NCBI GenBank assembly: GCA_964016885.1
Contig: OZ024740.1
Location: 48,422,001 to 48,486,000, forward strand
DNA from: Eledone cirrhosa
Taxonomy: Eukaryota
Direction: 5' to 3'
DNA: 64,000 nucleotides
In this document: piece by piece, positions 27,720 to 38,186 of the stretch
Numbering within the stretch: the stretch's first letter is position 1
Layout of the letters: every line of letters starts with the position of its first letter
The notes under the pieces: generated by a model
Seen by the model: the letters and a program-made list of their open reading frames with translations, nothing else
What the model was told of the DNA's origin: nothing
The model's database searches: none
Made by a program: the position numbers and the translations under genes

Positions 27720-28815
27720 CAGGGTTTTGCAGATAAATTAAAACCAATTTCAAGTAGTTAACTTAGTGGGTTTAACATTTCATTTTTGACAAAACCTTGA
27801 AAATCTAATGCTCCTCTTTATTTTTCAGGAAAAAGTGAACTGATTAGACAACAGATAACAGAATCGTTCCGCCATGTTGTTTAGGCGCGCACCGGGCACA
27901 CTGCCAATAATATTGCTAAGTTGACGAAACTTCCAAAAGCCACAGTTTATTGTTTGTATAAACAATTTGGCGATATCCAATTTTAGTTGTCTAAATGCCG
28001 CTGACTTGCTGCAGTTGCTGCTGCTTACTTCAATCAATGTATGAGGCTATTCCAACAAATTTACATTCCCCCTTTTTTTAGCCGTTAAAAGAAATATAGA
28101 TTTTTTTTTTTTTTTTTTACGCTTTATTAGAGAGAGGGGGGGGGCTCCCTTCTCTTACCTGTACAAGCCGATATAGAGAGATGGCCCACGTACACGGGCC
28201 ATTATTGCTACTTTCACCCATCTTTCATGGAATTGGCTGGGACTGAGTGCCCTTTTCTCCAAGAGGACCATTTGTTGGCCGGCGACATATCCCCACAGTT
28301 TCCTCGTTGTAAATGCATCTGGGACATTTCTTTTCCAAGGGGTTTCCGAACGGGCAGGGCCCCTCGGTATAATAGTAAGTATTAGTGGTTGTAATAAAAA
28401 TGCAATCAAAATGTAATAAATACCTTCACTGATTTCTTCTCCACAGTAAGACAAATATCCATGTGTAGTTGAAGAGGATAAGTATGAAAGAACAGTCATT
28501 TAAATTTACAGATGGACAGATGTCGTGTTTGGCAGGGTTTGAGATATATACAAAAATAATTATTTACAGAAAAAGAAAATAATAATAAAGAATTATTATA
28601 ATTTTTTTAAAGATTTATATCTTTTTGGACTTTTGGAAGCAAATTTTAAACTGTATATCGCAACAATAAAAAAGAAAAAAATATTTCTTTAAACAATATA
28701 TTGTTCCGATATACAGTTTAAAATCTTTTGGAAACATCTACCGTCTCCACTCATAAAGCTGTCATTTCGCCACCGCCACATGAATTCATTCAAATACGAC
28801 TGAAACATGGGTTGG

Positions 28816-29667
28816 CTAGTGCCGTTTATTTTTTTTTATGGCATGAGACCAGAGTCCTTCAATGTGTTGGGTATGCGTTCCTGATACCGGATCGACAAAA
28901 TTTAGTGAATGATTCACTGTAGAGTGCTGATAATTAACAGGCATATATCGTATGGGATTGTACGCACGCCATCGGTCTGTATGTATCATGGATCCACTCA
29001 GCACATGATTTTGTATAATGGGTAGCAGGGTCTCAGCAGTGCGATCTAGGATTTCTTGAAGAAAAATTTTTCTGGGATTATTGGTATCAATCCCACCAAT
29101 AACCCAATGGCCTTCATGCCAGGTCCCACGAGCGTACTTTCGATGAAAGTATTTACTTTCATCGATTTGTACAACTATTGGGACTCCATCATCATCCATT
29201 CCGCCTAGTTTTGATGGGTTTCGATCCACCCATTCACTGCACACGTCCCGTAAAAAGTTACACCAGTCAATAATGGTGTTTTCACTACACCGAATCTCGT
29301 CAGCAATAATAATATTTTCGAACCCAATTGACCAGAAGTAAATCATAGAAATCATTTGATGTAAATCTAAGTGGCCTTGAAAAAAAAATGACCCAGAACG
29401 GACAGATTTTCTTAAATTGCATACCTTATATTTCCATCGAAATTGGTCGATTCCTTCTTTGAAAGTTACAAACGAACAGGAAATATTACATGAAGGACAG
29501 TTCATGGTGTTTGAAAGTAATCGGTTCCGAGCCATAAATTCGATAATACTGAGTTTGTTTGCAGTTAAAATCACCAGTTCCCTCATTTTCAAATCCATAT
29601 TTAACGTCTGCTGTGATGAATTAACATTTTCAACAATGAAAATTGGTGCAGGTGGACGTCCAGGCAT
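28816..29667 (-). pseudogene. Merlin (ISXO2-like DDE) transposase with C-terminal frameshift
   Basis: CPSC zinc ribbon, VQIDES, IHTD-WRAY, VNHS-NFVDP-SGTHTQHIEGLWS; SYLNEFMWR continues in another frame. Confidence 0.9.
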
Positions 29668-30269
29668 TATCTTTATTCAGAATTTCAGTTTAAAATCAAT
29701 TAGAACTATGTTATTTCACCTTTAACAATATCTGCATTGAAATGACCGACAGGGAGCTAGTTATGCCAATTCGTGGAAAATACCCAAAGATTATGTATAT
29801 TAATATAAGTTTCACTTTATTGTGGAAAATAACCCAAAATTATCAATATTAGCCCTCTGTCGGTGATTATCTTATAATTGATTTTAAACTGAAATTCATA
29901 AATTCGATCCGGTATCAGGAACGCATACCCAACATATTGAAGGACTCTGGTCTCATGCCATAAAAAAAAATAAACGGCACTAGCCAACCCATGTTTCAGT
30001 CATATTTGAATGAATTCATGTGGCGGTGGCGAAATGACAGCTTTATGAGTGGAGACGGTAGATGTTTCCAAAAGATTTTAAACTGTATATCGGAACAATA
30101 TATTGTTTAAAGAAATATTTTTTTCTTTTTTATTGTTGCGATATACAGTTTAAAATTTGCTTCCAAAAGTCCAAAAAGATATAAATCTTTAAAAAAATTA
30201 TAATAATTCTTTATTATTATTTTCTTTTTCTGTAAATAATTATTTTTGTATATATCTCAAACCCTGCCA

Positions 30270-30697
30270 AACACCACATCTGTCCATCTGTAAATTTAAA
30301 TGACTGTTCTTTCATACTTATCCTCTTCAACTACACATGGATATTTGTCTTACTGTGGAGAAGAAATCAGTGAAGGTATTTATTACATTTTGATTGCATT
30401 TTTATTACAACCACTAATACTTACTATTATACCGAGGGGCCCTGCCCGTTCGGAAACCCCTTGGAAAAGAAATGTCCCAGATGCATTTACAACGAGGAAA
30501 CTGTGGGGATATGTCGCCGGCCAACAAATGGTCCTCTTGGAGAAAAAGGCACTCAGTCCCAGCCAATTCCATGAAAGATGGGTGAAAGTAGCAATAATGT
30601 CCCGTGTACGTGGGCCATCTCTCTATATCGGCTTGTACAGGTAAGAGAAGAAGGGAGCACTCCCCCCCCCCTCTCTAATAAATCGCAAAAAAAAAAA
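30270..30697 (+). mobile_element. Tx1-type LINE 3' fragment with poly(A); mirrored at about 28100-28530
   Basis: QFHERWVKVAIMSRVRGPSLY resembles the ORF2 C-terminus ending at 63262; AATAAA and A-tail. Confidence 0.8.
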
Positions 30698-31374
30698 TCT
30701 ATATTTCCTTTAACGGCTAAAAAGGGGAATGTAAATTTGTTGGAATAGCCTCATACATTGATTGAAGTAAGCAGCAGCAACGGCAGCAAGTCAGCGGCAT
30801 TTAGACAACTAAAATTGGATATCGCCAACAATTTAAAGAAGATGGAAAGATTGATAGGAAAGAATACAAGACTCGAAGTGATTCCAAACGCAATCCAAAG
30901 TTTCTTACTGGCCTCAAACCCCCGATTGAAGCCAACCCATCCACATCCATGACAACTCTTGCAAAGTGTCCAGAGCTGTGAACAGGAGGAATTTTGGCAT
31001 GACGACGCCGTCACCTCCTAACAGCCAAGGCAATCAGAGCCGAGAGATGCCCAAAGCTTCTGTCAAGCATCAAGCAAGGAACAATGCTTCACTACACTTG
31101 AGTGTCAACAGTATGAAGACTTTAATCGTGCGTGCGACACACAAAATAAAAAAAGCGGAGGTTGCGGCAGCTGCAAAAATATTTCCTTCTCATGTGGAGG
31201 CAGTAATTGCCCAAAAGGGCGGCCATATTGATTGATTGATAAATGTTTTTGCCGTAATAAATGTTACATTAAAATTATATGTCTTCTTATTTTAGTATTT
31301 ATAACCAGTTTTATGTATCGTAAAAATTGTCTCAATTTCTCTGCAAGACCCTGTATACATATTATATATATATA

Positions 31375-31560
31375 GGAAAATGTTCAGGACCCCGACGGCA
31401 GAGAACAAGCCGTTTCGACGGCTATTTCTGGACCGCCGTCGAAACGGCTTGAGCTCTGCCGTCATGGTCCTAAACCTTTTCCTATTACCCATTCTATACC
31501 CTAAGTATCGAATACTCTGGTGCGTTATGGTCCACCTGGTTCCTTACCACACTTCCTTTG

Positions 31561-31562
<2 letters not shown>
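31375..31562 (+). repeat. Short fold-back family C; other copies at 46632-46772 and 47490-47606
   Basis: Hairpin 31386-31471; shared aggaccccgacg and tatggtcca(c/t)ctgg motifs; flanked by (TA)n. Confidence 0.8.
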
Positions 31563-31594
<32 letters not shown>

Positions 31595-31713
31595 TGTGGT
31601 CTCCCCACACGAAACAAAGTATTATGAAAATTGAACCACCTCAAAGGTAAATCACAATATATAATATATACGATATATTAACAAATGGAAACTATATTTA
31701 TAAAACCATATTT

Positions 31714-31776
31714 ATTTCATTATACATATTTCAAGGACACCAAGTTAAATTATGGTGTGCTTTCATCAGATAAAAT
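31714..31776 (-). ncRNA. Type-I hammerhead ribozyme, family H1
   Basis: attttat CTGATGA aagcacacca...tggtgtcctt GAAA tatgta TA atgaaat. Confidence 0.85.
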
Positions 31777-32528
31777 ATAATATAGAGCAGTTTTATAAAT
31801 AAATATTGACATACCCTTAAAGAATGTGACCATTTCTGTTGGAAGCTCCCGGATATATATATATATGCACACACACACTGGTTGAAAAGTTTTAAAATGA
31901 TATTTTCGATGACAAAACATAATTAGAAAAAAATAGCTAGAACATTTTTTTTTTTTTAAGAATATACAACTCACCGTCAAAGTACAAATGTTGATTAGAC
32001 TTTAAATGTGAGAGAAAGAATCCAGAGAGAGACTCCTCTTTGAAGAGGTTGAATTTCATATAGTACATGCACCAAAAAGAAAGAATTATACAAAGAGAGA
32101 GGGGGGAGAAAGAGACAGAAAGTTAGACAAGAGAAAGAGAGAGTGAACATTTTATAACAACTGACCTGTTTTACCCCCCTCCCCATCAGTGATCAAGGAA
32201 TTGAACTATCTTTTAATTGTACTGCTGACCTGTTAAACTTCACTCTCTTTCTATATATATATATATGTATGAATGAAGTAATTCCGTCGGAAAAGTCCAG
32301 GAAAAAAGAGTGCTCTATGTAGGTAACAGAGCTTAATAGTTATGTAATAAACAACATCTATAGATGTTTATTACATAACTATATATATATATGTTATGGA
32401 ATACTGTTAGCTTCTCGATACAACAATTTCTATACTTTTCATTTATATATATATATATATATATATATGAAAAGTATAGAAATTATTATGAGCAAGAAGC
32501 ACACAGTATTCCATAATATATAATATAT

Positions 32529-32587
<59 letters not shown>

Positions 32588-32620
32588 GAAAGGTATAGAA
32601 AATATTGTAGCAAAAAGCCA

Positions 32621-32655
<35 letters not shown>

Positions 32656-32698
32656 ATATTAACAAATGGAATGGAAACTATATTTATAAAACCATATT

Positions 32699-32764
32699 TA
32701 TTTTATTATACATATTTCAAGGGCCACCAAGGCAGATTATGGTGCGCTTTCATCAGATAAAATA
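32699..32764 (-). ncRNA. Type-I hammerhead ribozyme, family H1
   Basis: tattttat CTGATGA aagcgcacca...tggtggccctt GAAA tatgta TA ataaaata. Confidence 0.85.
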
Positions 32765-32911
32765 CAATACAGATTAGTTTTATAAATAAATATTGACATA
32801 CCCTGAAAAAATGCAACGTTAACGGTTGGAGCTTCCTGGATAGTTGTTGAGTGCTTTATATCAGTTATATTTTTAGCTTGTTGTATCCCATAAATTAAAT
32901 ATAAGCTCTGC

Positions 32912-32977
<66 letters not shown>

Positions 32978-33019
32978 TCCCTGTATGTATGGATGTATGT
33001 ATGTATATATATATATATA

Positions 33020-34323
33020 TATTGTTATACTTTGGGAGGGTCATGTTGCCAATAAGAAACACACGCACCAGTTGCTTTCACTTCAATTTATTATAATAAA
33101 TTTATACATTTATAAATTTCTGGTTGGTTGGTTGGTTCCACAACCAGATAGTTGTTTATATATTGTCATAGTTCTTTCGTCACACACTCTGTGACCTCTT
33201 CAGTGACTGGGGATTCCTTTCTTTGTTTCTGTGCCTCTCCTTTGTTCTGTCCTACGCCATTTTGTTTCTGTGTGTGTGTTGTGTGCTCAGTCTGCGCATG
33301 CGCCACATCCGGGTGTCTGTGTGTGTTTATGTTCGGACCATACCAAAATCAACATACTGATTGCGGATTTGGTACGGGTGATGAGAAACGTGTCCCGCAT
33401 GTGCAACCCTGAAGAACTAGAGAGACACATACAACACTTCATCCACCGTATGCAGTTCTCTGGCTACAATCAGAGAGATAAAATCAGAGTGTATAGAGGA
33501 GCCAGAACCAAATGGGAAAAAATGGTAAATAATGACATAAATGGGACCTGCCCCTTGTATAGGAGCAAATTTTGGAATAGAATAGAAAGAACTAGGAACA
33601 AGGCTAATAGAATAAACTCATGGTATGATAGCAATAAATACCAGAGTGTAATGTTCATCGATACAACCCCTAGAGGTGAATTAGCTTACAAATTTAGAAG
33701 GGCCCTAAATAAACATAAACTCAATATTAAGATAGTAGAAAGACCAGCTACCTCCGTAAAAACACTTATTAGCAAGACATACCCTTTTCAAAGACCCTCA
33801 TGTATAGATAAGAAATGTATAACCTGTAAAATAAGCCCCCATATTAACTGTAAAACTAGAAATGTAGTGTATAGCATAAGATGTACTGAAGGACAATGTA
33901 GAGACAAAAATATAGTGTACATAGGTGAGACAGCTCGTAGTGTAGGGGAACGGATAAATGAACACTGGCGAGACCTTCAAGATAGTAAAGAATCATCTGT
34001 ACTCTACCAACATGCTAAAATAGAACACAAGGGTAAATTAGAGAACATAGAAATAAAAATAGAATCTACACACAGAAAAGACGCAATGTTTAGACAAATT
34101 ACAGAGGCAATAAACATAAAAGAATTACAACCAAAATTAAATAGAAAATATGAGTGGAACAGCAACATTATGACAATATATAAACAACTATCTGGTTGTG
34201 GAACCAACCAACCAACCAGAAATTTATAAATGTATAAATTTATTATAAATTTATTATAATAAATTGAAGTGAAAGCAACTGGTGCGTGTGTTTCTTATTG
34301 ACCCTCCCAAAGTATAACAATAT
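33020..34323 (+). mobile_element. Penelope-like element with inverted pLTR
   Basis: ORF 33231-34229 encodes RT thumb and GIY-YIG (VVYSIRC...YIGETAR...RQITEAI); 33020-33170 is inverted at 34169-34323. Confidence 0.9.
33165..33207 (-). ncRNA. Minimal hammerhead ribozyme in the inverted pLTR
   Basis: gtca CTGAAGA g gtcac...gtgac GAAA gaac TA tgac. Confidence 0.75.
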
Positions 34324-34377
34324 CGGTTTCAACACACGATTTTAGATAAAGAATCTTGCTAAACAAATTCAGAAACG

Positions 34378-34412
<35 letters not shown>

Positions 34413-34690
34413 GAAGAATAGAGGTGTAACACACAAGTTATGATATATTGGTAAATGGAAAAGAAAATGCTGACAAATTGTTTACAGTGAAAAATAGTTT
34501 AATTAGGAATAAGTGAGAATTAGTAATAGTATTGGTTAGTATTCAGTTTTGGTTTTAAGTTTTACCGGTTGCGCATTTCTATGCTTTTCAAAAATAATTT
34601 TGAGATAGAGCGTCCATGATGTTTGCTCTAATCTGTATATATATATATATATATAATATAAGATCAAAAGATGGTTAAAAGAGTTCCAAG

Positions 34691-34761
34691 TATTTTATTA
34701 TGCGCATTTCAAAAACAAATATCATAATGGGATGATATCTGCGTTCTCATCAGATAAAATA
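34691..34761 (-). ncRNA. Type-I hammerhead ribozyme; its 3' half is repeated inverted at 34840-34912
   Basis: tattttat CTGATGA gaacgcagatatcat...atgatatttgttttt GAAA tgcgca TA ataaaata. Confidence 0.85.
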
Positions 34762-35208
34762 GCGATACATGATATGAAGCTTAAAAAACACTTGTGAATA
34801 GTGAAGTTTTAAATCAACATATGATATTTTTAAATCCCATGATGATATTTGTTTTTGAAATGCGCATAATAAAATACTTGGAACTCTTTTAACCATCTTT
34901 TGATCTTATATTATTTATACTCCAGTCCTACAAACTGTAGAGTGCTACTTATCCGATATTTGCATTGCTTTATTGTGCTACAATAAAACTCACCTCCTAC
35001 ATATATATATATATATGCAGAGGTCATATTTAATTTGTTGGGATTCAACAAGCTTAAAAATTATATATATAAGTAGAAGGGCTATTTAATTTGTTGGAAG
35101 TCCGACAAATATAAATGTTTATAACTAATTTAGAGCGCTCAACAGTATACTGGAGTAAATATTCAATGATATTAAATAAATGGAAACTATATTTATAAAA
35201 CCATATTT

Positions 35209-35270
35209 ATTTTATTATATATATTTCAAGGGTACTAAGACAACATTGGTACACTTTCATCAGATAAAAT
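35209..35270 (-). ncRNA. Type-I hammerhead ribozyme, family H1
   Basis: attttat CTGATGA aagtgtacca...tagtaccctt GAAA tatata TA ataaaat. Confidence 0.82.
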
Positions 35271-35295
35271 ACAAAGCTTGTTTTATAAATAGAGA

Positions 35296-35335
<40 letters not shown>

Positions 35336-35359
35336 TATATATATATATATATATATATA

Positions 35360-35422
<63 letters not shown>

Positions 35423-35479
35423 AAGGCGTTTTTAAGAGTCAATGGCCATCCAAAATCACCGGGAGAGATAGAGAGATGA

Positions 35480-35873
35480 CCCCTTAGCCTTTGTTAAGGC
35501 AGAATTCTAGGAGAAGGAAAACTCTGATATAACACCTGCAACCCTGATGGTATCCAATGATGTTGACTTGTTCTTCTTTTTGGTAAATATCATCTTGGTT
35601 AAGAGAGTGGGACTGGCTTTGTGCAGTGCCTTTGCTCACTATAAAAGCTTCACAGCACAGGCATTGCTTTATATCTGGAGATCTCTCTGCACTTGTCGTC
35701 ACATGGTACCATGGGCTCAGCACTGTGTCAATAATTGTCACAAGTGTAGTGTTTGTACCAGAGTTTTCATGTCGCTGGCGGGACTAAAAAGTCACACTCA
35801 TTCAGCGCATCGGTAGGGGTTCTCCTACATGGATATAAAGTAGTGGCCGTACTCGAAAACGAGTTGGCAGCCA

Positions 35874-35876
<3 letters not shown>
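35480..35876 (+). mobile_element. 3' end of a second RTE-like family with a terminal C2H2 finger
   Basis: CSVCTRVFMSLAGLKSHTHSAH then stop, short UTR, (TA)n. Confidence 0.55.
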
Positions 35877-35910
<34 letters not shown>

Positions 35911-36323
35911 TTCAAATATTAACAAAATAGATACTCTTGTGATCAATTAAATTTTATTTTACATATTTCAGAGGTACTGAATTAAGTTCAACAGTACGTC
36001 CTCTCTTTAATTATCTGTCATTTGTCTTCTCAAGCTAAATACTAAATAAGTTATAACTTCAGATACGTCTTCCTCTATACTTTCCTCTACCGCATAGTTC
36101 TATAGTAGTATTAAAAATTCTATAACTGTTGCATTAAGGCAATGTTTTTCTTACTCACACTCTCTCTATTGATTCTATTACGTTTTCTCATGTTCCCAAT
36201 ATTAGGGTATAAATATAGAGTTTTCTCATAAGTTAATCACTATCTTGATTAAATCTTAACCATCTAACATGTCAGGGTATGTCATGTATCATTTTAATGA
36301 AACAGTTCTAGTCCTGTAGAATC

Positions 36324-36401
<78 letters not shown>

Positions 36402-36409
<8 letters not shown>

Positions 36410-37074
36410 GACGTAAAATAAGAAAAATTAAAAAAAAATTAAAAATTAACTTACTAAAATTTTCACTCCAACTAATTAGTTTCTGTAATGGGATAAAGAT
36501 AGTTACGTAATATAACCATCGAGAATTCATTACGTCATCAGGGAGTCTATTCTCAGCTAAGTCTCCAGGCAATGCGCAGACACTAGGGACACATATAAAA
36601 ATAATAATAATAATTCGGTGGATGGAACAGCTAGCGGGGACTGGATTCCATGCACTGAAAAAGTTCGCTGTCTCTGGTCAAATGGCAGATTCTAAAGAAT
36701 CAATCACGTGACACTGAGGCTAGTCGGAATGAGTGGGTTGGTAAGATGACAAAAGCCTACTACCACACCAATGAATTAGTAGTGGATTTGGCAGTTTTGC
36801 TCAACAAATAAATAATTTAGAGATAAATATATCCAGTCCCCGCTAGCTGTTCCATCCACCGAATTATTATTATTATTTTTATGAGTCCCTAGTGTCCGTG
36901 CATTGCCTGGAGACTTAGCTGAGAATAGACTCCCTGATGACGTAATGAATTCTCGATGGTTATATTACGTAACTATCTTTATCCCATTACAGAAACTAAT
37001 TAGTTGGAGTGAAAATTTTAGTAAGTTAATTTTTAATTTTTTTTTTAATTTTTCTTATTTTACGTCTTTCATAT
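36402..37074. mobile_element. Fold-back element with two divergent hammerheads
   Basis: Arms 36402-36645 and 36832-37074. Confidence 0.9.
36929..37010 (+). ncRNA. Hammerhead ribozyme; mirror copy at 36465-36546 on the minus strand
   Basis: actcc CTGATGA cgtaatg...cattaca GAAA ctaattag TT ggagt. Confidence 0.8.
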
Positions 37075-37204
37075 TATTGTTCTGCATCCTCCTGCATTGA
37101 ACCACCTAGGTACTATGACATAACTTATGTATTTGCTAGCATTAGTGTGCATCTGTACGCATATGTTGGTAGATATACTAATTCTCTCTCTCTATATATA
37201 TATA

Positions 37205-37840
37205 GGCATTGGTAAAATATAACGTCCGGGAAAGTGAAACTAATTTTTATGACAAGTGAATGTGTTTGTTTTGTTTTTTTTACACTGAAAATTACGATAC
37301 AGTTTGTTTATTTACAACAGGTCTCTATAGTGATATGGTGTTAATTAGTATTGCGTGTGTGATTATTTTCTCTTATATATATATGTGTGTATATATATGT
37401 GTGTCTGTATATATATATATATGTGTGTTTGTATATATATATGTGTTTGTGTCATCATCATCGTTTAGATGTTTTTACCTAAATCCCTTATCATTCTCTG
37501 TCCTTTTTATGACCCCGCCTTAATCTGTTTATAGTTGGTGCCAACTTTGGCAAGATATTACAAAAACATCTAAACGATGATGATGACACAAACACATATA
37601 TATATACAAACACACATATATATATATATATACATACAGACACACATATACACACCCACACATATATATATATAAGAGAAAATAATCACACACACAATAC
37701 TAATTAACACCATATCACTATAGAGACCTGTTGTAAATAAACAAACTGTATCGTAATTTTCAGTGTAAAAAAAAAAAAAACACATTCACTTGTCATAAAA
37801 ATTAGTTTCACTTTCCCGGACGTTATATTTTACCAATGCC
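37205..37840. mobile_element. Merlin-derived palindromic MITE in (TA)n
   Basis: TIR GGCATTGGTAAAATATAACGTCCGGGAAAG; arms about 270 bp; related to 44395-45419. Confidence 0.88.
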
Positions 37841-38063
37841 ATATATATATATATATAGAGAGAGAGAGATTTTGAGTTTATGTTGGTTGTATACCAACAC
37901 CTCGGTATGCAGGCTGGAGCACTCGACGAAGTGCGCAGGTTGGTTTGGTTACTCCGGTTCCTCAGTGAATTAACAACCCAACTAGGAACTGGGCATATCA
38001 GAGTATTGACAATATTATACACTTAAACAACATATGTACTTGTCTATACCATACTAATTCAAA

Positions 38064-38116
38064 CTGCCTGAAGAGGTCACAGCCAAAGATGGCTGTCACT
38101 GAAATATATATAGCAG
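38064..38116 (+). ncRNA. Hammerhead ribozyme, family H2
   Basis: ctgc CTGAAGA ggtcacagcca aaga tggctgtcact GAAA tatata TA gcag, followed by AATAAA. Confidence 0.88.
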
Positions 38117-38186
38117 TAATAAACGAAGCTAAATTTTAATCATTTGACTTTTATTTAACTTTATTTTATTTTATATATATATATAT

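Larger units (their letters stand above)
28045..30750. mobile_element. Merlin/IS1595-type DNA transposon with long inverted arms
   Basis: Termini GGCTATTCCAACAAATTTACATTCCCC; arms 27967-28895 and 29904-30828. Confidence 0.88.
27720..31353 (+). mobile_element. Tc1/mariner-like element hosting a nested Merlin palindrome
   Basis: TIRs CAGGGT(T/C)TTGCAGA(T/G)AAATT; TA on both sides; decayed transposase 30750-31235. Confidence 0.75.

Noticed and set aside
28816-29667. Bacterial IS1595 contamination or recent horizontal transfer
   Set aside because: It is nested among eukaryotic elements and fits the eukaryotic Merlin superfamily.
35955-36015. Hammerhead remnant on the minus strand
   Set aside because: Stem II and GAAA are present, but the core (TTAAAGA) and stem I are degenerate, so it was not counted.
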